Positions 1 to 13,054 of a stretch of DNA of 64,000 nt are shown one piece after another. Every line of letters starts with the position of its first letter. The stretch's first letter is position 1. The translations under genes were made by a program, and so were the position numbers. The notes below the pieces were generated by a model. That model saw only the letters and a list, made by a program, of their open reading frames with translations, had not been told where the DNA came from and searched no databases. The DNA is from Neovahlkampfia damariscottae (Eukaryota), in assembly GCA_016618085.1 (NCBI GenBank), contig JABLTG010000106.1, forward strand, positions 1-64,000. Direction: 5' to 3'.

Positions 1-2
1 AT

Positions 3-140
3 CCATCAAAATCATCTCCTTCAAATTCTCCTCATAGTAGCGGAATTTCATCACCTAGAAATGCAACTCAAACCAACAATGCAAGTACAATCATTGGAAA
101 CTTTGTTTTGATTTTTGGATGTTTAACATTGTTCCTTTGA
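3..140 (+). CDS. 3' end of a Ser/Pro-rich protein with hydrophobic C-terminus (possible GPI-anchor signal); 5' partial
   Basis: Frame from nt 3 reads PSKSSPSNSPHSSGISSPRNATQTNNASTIIGNFVLIFGCLTLFL*, followed by AATAAA. Confidence 0.55.
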   Translation, partial: PSKSSPSNSPHSSGISSPRNATQTNNASTIIGNFVLIFGCLTLFL

Positions 141-529
141 AATAAATTTTATAAAAAAAAATTTTTTAATATCTTTCAAAACTACATTATATTAACTGTG
201 AACAACTGGAAAATTAGACATTACAAGAGGAAGAAGTTGAAGAAATAGGAAAAAGGCAAATTAAAGTGCTTGTTTGTATGTTAATAATAATAGATTTTCA
301 ATTAAGATGCGTTGTAATTTTTCTTGAATTTGTAACTTTGAATTTTGCAACTCAATCTATGAATAATCTTGGAAAACGAAGAAATATGAAAAATTTGGTC
401 AAGTTTGTTTGTATTTGGTAATTTTCTTCTTGAAAGAACCAATAGAAACACTTCAACAAAAAAGATGTTGTTTTTCGTTAATATGTGTTAATCGACAATT
501 AATATTTGATCAAGAATGTATTATAAAAC

Positions 530-1297
530 GAAAATACGTTACTCAAAATGTTGCTATTAGAATATATGACAACGGAGGAACAACTTATCATCAAATATCT
601 GCATCAGAAACAACTAAAACAAAATCACATATTTTTCAAGATAGAAATGGAACTATTGCACATTTAAGTGATGTTGTAACATCATTACCTAAGTGGTTAT
701 TTGGAGATTAAGAGGAGTTAATGTGGCTACAGGTACAAAAAGCCTATATTATGGTATTCAATTTGATGGAAATTATAACCATTGTAGATAGTGGAATAAC
801 AGGTCATTTAGAAGGTAGAAATGCAGTAGCATTATTTTTAGTATTGATGTTGTAGGTGATGAAACTAAAACATATAGCACAACAACATCATTCACTAATA
901 TTTCAGGTTCAAAAAATAGAACTATTGTTGATTGGACTAGAATTTCAGGTGTAGGATCATGTTTATTATTTGGTGGCAGATTATTTTAAAAAATTAAATA
1001 TGATTATGGAATGTTATTATATATAATCATCGAGACTGCTACATTGATCATTGGAATATTAACATTAGTACAGTTCTATCACCAATTATATTGGCTTCAG
1101 CATATTTTATATAGAATATACAGCATAGTAAATGTTGTGGCGGTTCAAAGATTGAAATGAGACAAAATCCTATTCCCACAAAAGATCATATTCCCCAAGA
1201 AAGAATAAAACAAATTGATTTTGATATTAATTTAAGGAAGAAAAGTGATGTCGATGATCTACTTGATGAATTAGCTAAAAGTAGATCAATGGAATAA
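530..1297 (+). pseudogene. Decayed virophage-like fibre gene plus CC-motif small protein remnant
   Basis: SHIFQDRNGTIAHLSDV resembles NHFLQPKTGTLCDVD of ORF 41135-42526. Downstream CCGGSKIEMRQNP resembles SSCCDSSVEMRDDP (15007-15321) and SSCCFGSGVEL (42554-42832). Multiple stops and frameshifts. Confidence 0.5.
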
Positions 1298-1484
1298 TAT
1301 TTTATTGAATTTCATTATAATAATTTATAATGAATGATTAATTTTTAAATCTTCTATATTGTTGTTCATTGCATCCTTATTTGGCTAAGGGATTAAGATT
1401 GCATATATTTTAGAATACATACTATTAGTTTACATAATTATTTTATCTTTGCAATAAGTTTCTAAGTTACTCAAGTAAAATAAA

Positions 1485-1604
1485 TATATTCAAGGTTTTT
1501 AGTTAACCTTCCAATTTTCAAAAACATTTTTTCCAAAAATAAAAATAAACAAATAAAAAAAAATTAAAAACAAAATTGGAAGGTTAACAAAAAACCTTGA
1601 ATAT
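1485..1604. repeat. Inverted repeat with ~34-bp arms and an A-rich spacer
   Basis: tatattcaaggtttttagttaaccttccaatttt pairs with aaaattggaaggttaacaaaaaaccttgaatata, one mismatch. Confidence 0.8.
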
Positions 1605-1675
1605 AACAAAGATAAAATCAAAATTACTTGATAACAAATAATTATACAAACAATGTCCAGAAAGAAACAAATAAT

Positions 1676-2308
1676 TTATTTGAACAATTCTACGATTTCT
1701 TTTTCTGGTAATTCTGAATGTTTTAAGTATAACTCTTTAATCTTTTTTTTTGATAATTTAGAATACTTCATAACATCCATTGGCTTCATATCATCTTTAA
1801 TCATACCAATAGCCATTTCTTCTTTTACTTCTTTTTTTCCTTTTTCTTCAGCTTCTTCTAATTTTGATTGAAATTCTTCATTTTCTTTCAATTGTTTTTG
1901 GTACTTTTGAATTTCTTCTTTTGTCCTTTCTAAAATTGTAAACGTGTCATTGATAAGTTTTTCTGCGTTTTCAGGAGGATCCTGTTGATAATTCTTGAGC
2001 ATATAAATCCATTGATCTTTTAAAACTAATTTTTCATTTTTTTGATGTTGAAATTTTGGTTATTCGAATATAAAAGTATATGGTGTTTCTTTTAAAAAGA
2101 TTTTTTTAGTCTCTTTTTCCATCATAACATGGTGACTAATACATGGCACTTCCGAAGGAAAAACTTTAAACTCACAAATAACAAATGTATATACAGCACG
2201 GATATCTGAATAATCCGAGTTTGTTGAAAGTTGACTTGAATGAACTTTATGTGCATAATATTGAACTCTTTTTTCAAATGCCACCAATATTATTGTATTT
2301 TTAAACAT
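1676..2308 (-). pseudogene. Rpn-family / PD-(D/E)XK nuclease-transposase pseudogene (5' truncated, one in-frame stop)
   Basis: FEKRVQYY...SQL...DY, YTFIFE*PKF (family motif FIELPKF), DQWIYMLK, and a C-terminal EEKGKKE...AIGM...KYSKLS tail. The two ORFs are in the same frame, separated by TAA at 2060-2062. Confidence 0.75.
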
Positions 2309-2462
2309 ATAACTTGCTGTTGCTAAGAGAAAAAAAGGTTTAAATAAATCAAAAGTTTAACAAAAACTCACATTTGTTATATTTTCAAGCTTCAGGTTTT
2401 ATCAATTCAAAGTCTATGATTGGTTGATTTTTTACTCTAATTCTTTTCAAAACAAATCAATA

Positions 2463-4693
2463 ATGAGAAACTTTAAAATGGATTTAAAAGTTAGTAAAAA
2501 ACAAAAACAGAATATTCAATACGAAAAAGAAGTTTTACTTTTGAACTCAAATGAAGCCTCAACATCAAAAAGGGTATCACTTGTTATACTCATAGTAGCC
2601 ACTATTTTGGTTTCTACTTTGATTATTATTGGGATGGTTGGATTAACCCTGCTTGTTGCTTTTCTTAGACCTTCACCTGGTCTAGAAGAATTAAAATTAA
2701 TGATAGATGGTGATGATACTTTAAATTATTTTTATGGAAATGATAAAATGAATGTACATGCTGTAGTTAGCAAAAATTCAACAACACCAAGATTAATCTA
2801 TGCACTTCCTGCTGGAAATGAAGGATTTTTAGTTTTTTTTGAAAGTAGTATATTTACACAATACATATTTCAACAGGACACTTTTCGTCCCATTGAAAAT
2901 GGAATGGAAAACGATATTGAAATTACACAAGATTTGAAGATTACAAAAATTTTAATGGGAAGGTAAAATTTTGAGCATTGAAGTGACAATTAAATAGTTC
3001 TCGAGTATTAAGACATTTTATGCAAAGTGGTGAAATTCTATTCCCAGAAATGAAGAATGAAATTACTTTTGAAGATAAAACTCAATTAACCTATTCAAGA
3101 ACTCAATTAAATGGAAAAGACAAAATGTCATTGTCTTTTTCATCAGCTTATAATGTCGAAATTATCAAAAAAGAAGATGGTTTTTATTTGAAAATAATGG
3201 ATTCAAAACAGACAGGAAAACTGAAAATTCAAATTAAAACTACTAAAGTTCCATTGACTCGAATTTCCAGAGATAAACTATTTATCAACAAAAATGATGA
3301 TATAAAAGAATTGGAATTTGGTTTGAGTTTCTTATCATATGAAGAAAAACTATTGGCTGGTTCATGGAGGTTCAATACTTATTTTGGAAGAGACACATTA
3401 ATGTCACTGGAAATGCTGATGCCTATATTAAGATCAAGTGTAATTGAATCATCTCTAGAATCCGTTTTACATAAGTTGGATAAAAATGGTGACGTAGCTC
3501 ACGAAGAAGCCATTGATGATTTTTCGGATTTTATTCATAAGGTCAATAACAGATCAGATTTATATGGACAACCAATATTTGATTATAAAATGATTGATGA
3601 TGATTTTATGTTACTTCCAGTTCTCAAAAATTATTTATTGAATTTTGGTGTGAAAGAAAAAGGTAATGGAAAAAAATTTATTTTACTCAGGAAGCAATGG
3701 AATTTTTCAAAAGAAATAAGGAACTCATTTTGAGAAATATGAATTTTGTGATTGAAAAGTCAAAGAATTTTTACCAAAATTCCACAATCGATAATTTGAT
3801 TCACATCAGAGAAGGAATTACAGTTGGGAATTGGAGAGACTCAGCACCAGGATTAGGATATGCCACAGTGCCATATGGTAACTAAAAACTAAACTTAAAG
3901 TATTATCATAGATGTGAATGTGGCTTTAGTTCCTGCTGCTTTGAATTCAATTACAACAATAATTAATCATGGATATTTGTCAAAAGAAGAAGTAGGTGAA
4001 ATTTATGAAAAATCAAAAAAATATTTCAAAGTTTGGAGTGAAAAATCATCGATATTTTTTAATATTTCAATTTCTAATTCAATTGCCAAATCCAGAATTA
4101 TCAAATATTGCAACGAATTGAAAATTGATTCCACTGTATATTTGAACGAATTAGAAGATAAAGACATCAATTTCAATTCATTGTCAATTCATAATAATGG
4201 TTCTAAAATACATGTAATGCACACAGATACCTCATATCTCTTAGTTTTTACAGAACCTAGTGAAGAAGAATTGAAGAAAATCCTAACAAATTTGATTGGA
4301 ACTTTCCCAGTTGGATTATTAATTCCAAAAATTGGGGTTTCAATAAGTAATCCTTGTTTCTCTGATAGTGACTTTACAAAATCAAATTTCAAAAATGGAC
4401 ATTATCATGGAACCACAATCTGGAGTTGGCATCAGGCATTTCTAATTTTGGGAATCCAAAAACAATCCAAAAGAGAGTTGACAGCAGAAACAAAAAAATT
4501 ACTGAAAATAACTGAAAAGAAATTGTGGGAAGTGATTAATGAGACTGAAAAAATTAGACAACATGAATTGTGGAGTTTTATCATTGATAATGGAAAATTC
4601 AAATATATTCCATTTAGTGAAGTATCTGACAAGAAAAGAGAATCAAATGCACTTCAATTATGGTCAACTGTCTATTTATCAATCAAACAATAA
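2463..4693 (+). CDS. Membrane-anchored glycogen-debranching-enzyme-like (alpha/alpha-barrel glycoside hydrolase) protein, 3 short introns
   Basis: LLAGSWRFNTYFGRDTL, VAHEE, DYKMIDDDFML, GNWRDS, YHGTTIWSW and ESNALQLWS motifs; N-terminal TM helix; GT-AG introns near 2962, 3663 and 3878. Confidence 0.7.
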
Positions 4694-4868
4694 TAAGAAT
4701 CTTGGAAAATTTGTGATAATAAACTTTAGTTTCTAACTTGAAGAGTGTATGTTTCAGATAAACAGTGGTGCTTTTAAATACGTGGTGATATTCACAACAA
4801 GTATGTAATTATGCAATGATACTACTTATTGATTCCAAGAGTCTGAATAAATAATGTAATTGGTTTAT

Positions 4869-5650
4869 TTAGTTGTTATTGTTTTTATTTTTTTTTTCTT
4901 CAAAGTACATGTAATCTATGAGAAACGCAGCTGCAAATATAACATTTTCATTGTTGGTGTAGCAGATTTTGGAAATGAAACACCAAAGTTATCTGAATCG
5001 GTGAATAACTCTTTGACAAGTCCAGAGAATTTCTTTTTGATCAAACCCACTTCTATCACAAATTATTTATAAGTTACGTTTTTTTTTTACCTTGACCATT
5101 TTCTGTGATGTTAAAAGTCCATGGACACATCCTGAAAAAAATAATTAAAAATAAGCAAAGAAATACGCAGGTCCATGAATGTGATATATTTCTTGTTCAT
5201 TTGCATCTAAAACACTCAATTCTTTTGAGCAAAATGCAAAACGACTTTGTACTCTACCAAGTAACTTTTTTTCTGTTGAAGTTGGGTCATAAACTTCGAT
5301 TGAAGGAAAACAGAAAGCATAAGGTCTTTCAAAGGTTAGTACTTCCTTCTTGTTATCAGTGTAAACATGCATCTTAAAACTAAAAATTTGAGTTAAATAT
5401 AAAATAAACAAATTTTTTCAAACCATCTATTTGGACCTAAATACATACGTGCACAACAATTTGAATCTTCAAGAGCCAAAAGAGTTTTTCCATTTGAAAA
5501 AGTTGCTCCATACTTATTTGACATTTCGAATCCTGATAGAAGTTCTAAAACATCAGTCTTTTGTTTGATGACTACTCCATCATTTGAACCAAAGATGTCA
5601 TTTAAAACGGAGTTATCCATAGTTTGTTGTTCCACAATTTCTTCAGTCAT
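4869..5650 (-). CDS. Phospholipid scramblase family protein (intron-containing)
   Basis: IKQKTDVLELLSGFEMSNKY, EDSNCCARM, VLTFERPY, GRVQSRF; last exon has SDNFGVSFP and DYMYFE. Confidence 0.85.
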
Positions 5651-5817
5651 GATGTTTCTGGTGTGACGTTTCTAATTGTTTTGATTTCGTCCAATGAAAG
5701 GAATTTCTTGGTTTTTTATAAAAATAGAAGAAAAAATGATTGGATCGTATTATAACGACTACCTTCAATAATTAACACTTTTTTTATTTTGTTTTTTTTA
5801 GTTGAATTTTACTTGGA

Positions 5818-6399
5818 TCAAAGGAACCAAAAATATTTTGACTTCCAATTGTTTTTCCTTTGACATTTGGTGATTTGTTGATTTCATTTTTATTTTTCTT
5901 TTCTAAAGATACAAATTTCTCATCATTTGGAATTGAAATTTCTGATTTCTCAATGGAATTTAACTGAAAAAGTTAACAGAAAACAATGTCTAACCGTCTT
6001 TGATACATTTACAGTTTTTGTTGGTTTTTTTCTTTTTTTTATTGATTTTCTGACAATTATATCATCTAAAGTATCTTTTTTCTCTTTGATATCGAAAATA
6101 TTTCCATCAAATGTTTTGTTAAGAGTTGTGACAGGTTTCGATATTTTTTGAACTTTTTCAATTCTTTCTTTTCCTTCTTTAATTTCTTTTTTTTCAATTT
6201 TTGTATCATCTTTTATAACTTTTTCTTCTTTTTCTTCTTTTTCTTCTTGTCTTTCTTTTTCTTCAGGTTTTGTTTCACTTTCTTCTTTTTCGTCTTGTTT
6301 CTTTTCTTTTGTGAAGTATTTGTATGAGAACAACATTACAATCCCCACACATAATCCAATGTATACTCCAGGTTGAGAAAAAAAAATTTCTTTTGCCAT
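5818..6399 (-). CDS. Hypothetical protein, N-terminal TM helix followed by a Lys/Glu-rich region
   Basis: ORF 5950-6399 plus a probable short last exon. Confidence 0.45.
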
Positions 6400-6470
6400 T
6401 TCTGTGTTCTACTTAATTTCTGGAGTTGACCAATGAAATTAAACTCAAGTCCAACACAACTTTAAAGAAA

Positions 6471-7871
6471 ATGGAAGAAAGACAAATTCCAAAAGTAAAA
6501 TTAAACATTCCAAAATTAAGAACAACAAAAATGATTGATTTTACAACTTTTGATCTGGAAAACAAAGCCAATTCTCTATTAAAACAAATGGAAGAGGCTA
6601 GAGCCACACTTCAACAATTTTATCTTCAAAAAGAATATGAAAAAATTGAAAAAAAGACAGAAGAATATCTTTCTTTGTTTTATGGTTTTTTTTTTCCAGT
6701 AGAAACAATAAAGAAAAATGTGGAAGAGAAAATAGTTAGAGAAAAAATTTTGGTTTCTGAAGGTGGTGAACAATTCAAAGAATCTACTCCTTTATTATCT
6801 TCAAATAGTTATAGATCCAATAATGATGAAATTGATATCAATCAAGAAAAATACTCAAAGTACAGATGGACATTCCCTTTCAAATGGAGTTCTAGTTTGT
6901 CTACTTCAGAGGTAGAAATAATGCAATCAGACAGTTTATATGAAGTATATTGTATTTTATATAATTATGCTATTGCAATTTGGAATTTACTTCCAAAAGA
7001 TAAAAAATCATCATTTAAGGGTTTCTTGAAAATTGCAGGAATTTTCGAATTCCTTGAAAATCTGTTTGATGAATTAACAGAAAAGGAAGATATTAAAAAA
7101 TCCATTACCACTTCACTAAAATTGATTTCTTTATGTGAAGCCAAAGAAGTATTTAAAAAAAAAAATGGGAAATTAACATTTTAGATTGCTGTTGAGATTG
7201 GATATGAAAAAGAAGAAAATTTTGAAAAGTTTTCTGGAATTGTCGTAGAATTATCAAATAACTATCAAGAGATCATAACTCTTTTAAAAAATATTGATGG
7301 CATCAAAGAGTTAAATGTTCATGTTTCTTACAAAAAAAAATATTTCGATTTGCTTTCCATTTTATTTTCTGGGATTTGTTACAATGAAACTCAAGAAAAT
7401 GGAAATGCATTATCATTGTTATATGAAGGGAAAAAACAATTTGATGACTTTCAAAAACTCTCAAAACTCCAAGAAAATGATAATATTCAAAAACAAGTAA
7501 AATGGTTGGATAGATTCATTAAAAAATACATTGATAAATTTGAACAACAAAATAAGTTGGTATTTCATGATAAAATACCTGACAATCAACCAAGTTTGAT
7601 GTCATGTAAAACTATCGGGAAACCAATGCAATTTGAATTTCCAAAGGCTAATTCAGCTTGGAAATCAGATTTTTATGAATATTTGAATTTTCCAAAATAT
7701 GTTCCTGAAGATAATGAAAAATTTGCTGAGGAATCTGACTTCAATTCTGTGAATGAAGAAAAATCATCTTCAAAAGAATCAATAAAAAAAGAAGATAAAC
7801 AAGAATCTAAAATAGAAAAGAGTAAAGAAAATGATGGAATTGGTGGATGTGGTCTTTGTATCATTTCTTGA
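6471..7871 (+). CDS. BRO1-domain protein (BROX-like) with C-terminal CAAX
   Basis: FPFKWSSSL, YEVYCILYNYA, AGIFEFL and QQNKLVFHDKIP; ends in CIIS; intron near 7149-7184. Confidence 0.75.
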
Positions 7872-7913
7872 AATAAAATTTATTCAAACCAGTTTTTATT
7901 GAACCAATAGAAA

Positions 7914-8724
7914 ATGAGCGAAGAAAAACAAACTGAACAACTCAAAGTGGAAGAGATTAAAGTTTCCGTTTGCGGTGGAGGTGGTGTAGGAAAATCATGT
8001 AAGGAAAAAATTCTAATATTTTGAAGGTATGTCAACAAATTTATTTTTAACTTCAGGTTTAACTTATCAATATTGTTTCAATAAATACAAAGATCAATTC
8101 GATCCAACTATTGAAGATACTTGTAAAAAAATGTTCATTCTAATTCTCACAAGATCAAAAAAAAATTAAAATTGGAGATACCATTGTAAACTTATCTATT
8201 GTTGATACTGCCGGACAAGAAGAAGTTTTCATGAATTAATTTTCACCTTTTTTTTAGTTTAAAGATCTCAGGTCGTATTATATGAGAGATAGTGATGGTT
8301 TTTTATTAGTTTATGATGTTTGTCATGTTAGTACATTACTGGAACTTGATTCAACATTTATGACACAAATTCAAAGATCAAAAGATACAGAACCGTTTGA
8401 TATTGTATTTTGTGGGAATAAATCTGACATTCCTGAAAAGTTGAGAGGTGAAAATCAAGTCACAAAAAATGACGCTCAAGAAATCGCAGAGGTTTTTTTT
8501 TTTTGATTTAATTTTTTTTTTAGAAACATCATGCTGATTTGCTTGATACTTCAGCAAAAGAAGGAAAAAATATTGAGGAGGCATTTGAAAAATTGGTTAA
8601 ATTAATTTTGTCAAGAAGACATCCAGAAGAACTGAAAGTTCAAAAAAAGAAGAAGAAGAAAAATTCTGGATTTTTTTCTTCTATTTCAGATCCTGATGAA
8701 GATCCTGATGATATTTTCAAATAA
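7914..8724 (+). CDS. Ras-family small GTPase (several introns)
   Basis: GGGGVGKS, FDPTIED, DTAGQEE, GNKSD and TSAK motifs across exons. Confidence 0.9.
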
Positions 8725-8804
8725 AAAGAAATTTCTCAACAACCAATATTTTTTCTTCATTTTATCCTCCAATCAATTGCTTGGATACTGAGAACAACAA
8801 AAAA

Positions 8805-9825
8805 ATGAGTTGGTTCACGTTTGATTCTTTTTCAAATAAATTAACTGAATTGTCTGGTCAAGTAGGAAGTTTAGTTACTACCATAGAAGAAAAAGCGAAT
8901 GAATTTATTTCTCAAGAAGAAATTCCTCAAAAACCTACTGAAATCTACTGGGAAACACCACCAGAAAATTGGAAACAAACACCAGAGAAGTTGAAAGAAG
9001 AAATTTTGAAAATTTCAAAAAATGAAAAAAACTTCAAAATTCCGCCAACAGAAGATTTTTATTTTGTTTTTGAAGAGAACATTAATCAAGCACAGTTGAT
9101 GATAAAATTGGATAAAAATATCAAAAGTCATCTTTTTGAGCTTGTTCCAAGTTTGTAAGTGTCACAAAAAAATAATTTAAAATTTCCAAAGTTTATCTGA
9201 AGATGATTTTTGGCGCAATTATTTTTATCGAATCAATTTAGTCCTACAAAACTCAGAAATTAAAATATTACAATATCAAATAGATTCATTGAATGGAGAT
9301 ATAAAACAAGATCATTTAGATTATGAATCAGTTAATAAAGAAATATCTGAAATGAAAACGACCATTTCATTATTTCAATCCATCTTAAATGAAAGTATCA
9401 CTCAATTTGAAGAAAATAAGAATGACTCAAAAATTGATATTGGATTTTTGAATAAAACCTATGACAAAATTATTGAAGATAAAAAAAAAATGGGAGAATG
9501 GTTGGTGGAAGTCGAAGACGAAAGTATCTTAACGACCATTTCAGAATATAATAACAATATACAATTATTGATCAAAAAATTTGATGAATTTAATGAATCT
9601 ATTTCAAAAAATGTAAATAAACAAGAAAAGGTTGAAAAACCTGTATTGCATGAAGAAATATCAAAAAAAGATGAAAAAAAAGATGTTGACAGTGATGAAG
9701 AATTTGATAACTTTTTAAAGAAACCTGATGACTACAGAGCAACTAAACAAGATGAAGAAGAGAATGATGATGTAAATTTGGAAGAAGAAACTAAACTTCC
9801 ATGGGAAGAAGAAGATGAAGAATAA
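8805..9825 (+). CDS. BSD-domain protein
   Basis: FELVPS-(intron)-SEDDFWRNYFYRI, the BSD signature; acidic tail. Confidence 0.8.
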
Positions 9826-9833
9826 ATTCATCT

Positions 9834-11011
9834 CTACAAAACTTTATCATCAATTACTAAAACAACTTTTCCTATACTTTTTCCACTTTGAAAAAATTCA
9901 AAAGCTTTTGGAGCGTCTTCAAATTTGAATTGATTGATTTTTGGTTTTTGAAAATCAACTTTAATCAATTCATCCCATAGATCTGTGAAAAATGACTCTT
10001 TTGAAAACCAATGAATCAAATTAAATCCAAAGACACCTTTGTTTTCGCCTAAATTAACTTGTCAAAAAAAAAATGAAAATTTAGATTTACCAATCATTTG
10101 TAAAGGATCAAGTTTTGGTCTCCAGTAATAATTCCATCCCAATGTTAAATAATTTGGTGAGTTTCCATGTTGAATCATGCTACCCCAGCCGAATAAGATA
10201 ATTCTTCCTCCAAGATTTAATAAGTCATAACCAGGTTGGAAATAATCTCCACCTAGACTATCCATAACCATATCTACACCTTTTTCATTTGTTGATATCG
10301 ATGAAACTGCCTTTTCTACTTGTGATTTGAATTCAGAAGCGTTTGTTCTGACAATAATTTGAGATTCTTTCAATCCTTTTTCTTTTATCAGTGTTTCTTT
10401 TTTGTTATCACTTCCAATGGTCGCAATTGCATGAGAGCCGAAATGTTTAATGATGTCTTTGAATTAATTTTTTTTTTTCTCACCTAATGAATATTGACCA
10501 ACACCTCCAGCAGCAGAATGAACAATAACTTTTTGGTTTTTTTTTAAACCTCCTAATTCTACCAAACCGTACCACGCCGTTAAAACTTGGACAAGAAATG
10601 CTGCTCCTTCAGTCAAAGACCAACCTTCAGGTAATGGTTTGACAAAATGTTCTTCAATTGGAATATAATTTGCAAATGCATAAAATCTTTTTACTCCTAT
10701 TACCTTGTCTCCTACTTTATATTTTGAACCTTCAAACGTTTTGACAACAATTCCTGAAAATTCAAGACCTGGTGTGAATTCTTCTTTTGGAGCAGCTTTG
10801 AAGTTTATATTTCAATTATTTTACCTTCATAAAGACCTAATACAGAAATAACATCTGCAAAATTTAAACCTAATGCGCATGTTTTGATTAACAGTTGATT
10901 TTTCATAGTTTTTATTTCATCAACAGAAGTTTCCTTGAGATAGAGTGATGACATAGAGCCAGGTTTGCATCGCCATTCTTTTAATAATAATTTTTTGGAG
11001 TTTGCTAACAT
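9834..11011 (-). CDS. VAT-1-like / medium-chain dehydrogenase-reductase (quinone oxidoreductase family)
   Basis: GLNFADV, FTPGLEFSG, VHSAAGGVG, GVDMVMDSLGG and GKSIGKVVL; introns. Confidence 0.85.
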
Positions 11012-11086
11012 GAGTCACTCAACTACCGTCTTTGGATAAAAAAACGTCTAATTTCGGTTCACCAATCAGATAATTGTAGGTTAAAA

Positions 11087-11842
11087 ATGAAGTTGATTCT
11101 TGTTTTTGTTTTGAGCATTTTTTCAGTTTGTCAAAGTGAATCTTTTGACATCAAGAAATCTTTGATCGGAGGATCCAAAGCGAAATCTGGAGAAATTCCA
11201 TACACAGAGGTTTTTGGAGCAGTTCCTTTTTTTTCTGATTCAAATGAATTTTTAGCATCAATTCCACTCATCAACATTTCAAGTATTGATTTTTGTTTTG
11301 GATAAATTTCTAATCTAACTTTATCTTCTTTTTTTAATCCAATCATTTCTTTTGCACATTCAATTGCTTCTGTAAATCCACCAATTTCATCAATTAAACC
11401 TAATTTTAATGCTTGTTCTCCTGTATAAACTTTTCCTTGTGCAATTTCATTTACTTTTTCTAAAGATAAATTTCTTCCTCTTGAAACACCATTTTTAAAT
11501 GAATCATAAAAATCATCCATTGTTTCGATGGTGGAACAAAGCTGTCAGATATATAGTAGGCCTTTCGGAGATAAAAAGTTCAATTCTAACTTTTTATTTT
11601 GTAATTGGAAGATTAAATATACCTGAAAAAACAGGAGGCGTTGTAGTCCGAGGAAAAAGAGTTATCATACATCCTCAGTACAATGAGAATGACAACAATA
11701 TTGATTATGACATAGCTTTGGTAGAACTTCAAACATCAGTTACAGAAACGTCAACAATCAAATATGCTGTACCATCTGAAGGATCAGATGTACCTGTTGG
11801 TACAAATGTTTTAGTGTCTGGATGGGGTTTAACCAAGTGGTG
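11087..11842 (+). pseudogene. Trypsin-like (S1) serine protease pseudogene, 5' part
   Basis: Signal peptide, LIGGSKAKSGEIPY, HCFDGG (11518), IIHPQY...DYDIALVEL and VSGWGLT. Interrupted by an inverted SppA fragment and by the outer element. Confidence 0.85.
11207..11520 (-). pseudogene. Inverted fragment of a signal peptide peptidase SppA (S49) gene
   Basis: YDSFKNGVSRGR...IAQGKVYTGEQALKLGLIDEIGG is the S49 C-terminal signature; boundaries approximate. Confidence 0.75.
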
Positions 11843-12030
11843 AAGTAAGTAGGTGGTAAGGCCCAAGCTTTAGCCCATAATTTACACCGGCAAACCCTCC
11901 AGCGACTTAAATTTTCCGTTTCCTCAAAAAAACATACTTTTTCCCCGCCCTCAAATAATACATTTTTGCCCAGATACACCAATTATAAAATTATTTTTCC
12001 TCTCACAGAGCTCTCAACTCGGGATAAAAA
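11843..12030 (+). repeat. Left TIR of outer element
   Basis: Reverse complement of 44785-44972; shared blocks ccaagctttagcccataa, gcgacttaaattt, tttttccccgccctcaaat and ttcctctca-agagctctcaa. Confidence 0.9.
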
Positions 12031-12362
12031 ATAAAAATTTTGTTAAAAAAATTAAAAGCCTCTCTGAGTGAATTTTTGCCATGATACATCAAATACAATT
12101 CAAATTTCTCTGTTTCAATTTTAAAAAAAACGGTCGAAGAAAATAAAATCTAAATTAAATTATAAATGTCAATGAAATATAAAAAAAAATCTAATTTACT
12201 GTCATATCTTGAACAAGTAACACCAGACCCAGATAAAATTCCAACCCTATATAATACAATGGAATCTCGAAACAAGACCAAAATCCACGTTTCATGTAAC
12301 ATACCAAACGTATGAATTTGATATTACTAAAAGATAAAATTTATTCTGAAAGCATTTCTTGG

Positions 12363-12974
12363 TTAATCAAGATCTAGATATACAGCTCTTTCCGCGTTAT
12401 CTTTGTAATAATTTCTGACGTTATAATAATACTCTTCCATTGATGCTATATTACTGTTAATCTGAAGATTGTTGCATAAAGCTAACATAAATGTCCGGCA
12501 GTTTTTTCTATTTTCATTGTAGGAAATATTTTCCCTTTGATACCTTTTGCACCAGTCTGAAAGTTCGTTCATTTTCAATACGATTTCTCCACAAGTCTTA
12601 TTGTCGATTCTATAATTTTTCATATTTTGAAAAGATACCACACCCAAACGGACAACATTAATTTTATCAGGTGAATTAATGTTGTGCAATCTGACAACCT
12701 CTGGACTTAGTTCATTTTTCATATAAATTAAATCACATTTGTAAAACATTTGTGAGTCACAAAAATCTGGATCTTCATCAAATACAGGGCTGTCTTCTGT
12801 TTTTAAATATAAAAACAACATTGGATGAAGATCTTGATAAGCAATGAAGTAACAATATGTTCTCGAATTTTGTTCTGTATTAGAGAATTTACTCATGATG
12901 TATTGGCTTTTTTGAGATTTTTGAGAATCTCTTGACACACCTACTCCTAGCGCTGTTGAATGTGATTGACCCAT
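12363..12974 (-). CDS. Putative permuted papain-fold (PPPDE/LRAT-like) protein; MG N-terminus
   Basis: His in HPMLFLYL and Cys in YNENRKNCRTFM; paralog of 13055-13615. Confidence 0.5.
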   Translation of the reverse strand: MGQSHSTALGVGVSRDSQKSQKSQYIMSKFSNTEQNSRTYCYFIAYQDLHPMLFLYLKTEDSPVFDEDPDFCDSQMFYKCDLIYMKNELSPEVVRLHNINSPDKINVVRLGVVSFQNMKNYRIDNKTCGEIVLKMNELSDWCKRYQRENISYNENRKNCRTFMLALCNNLQINSNIASMEEYYYNVRNYYKDNAERAVYLDLD

Positions 12975-13054
12975 TGACAGTGTTTTGGCCAATAACAAAC
13001 AGTTTATATTAAGCTGTGAAGTTTCAAGTTTATTTTTAACTCCGATGTTGATTA

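Noticed and set aside
3663..3733. Apparent frameshifts in host genes (glycoside hydrolase, BRO1, GlyRS, DUF4246, kinase)
   Set aside because: Explained by ~28-45 nt GT-AG introns.
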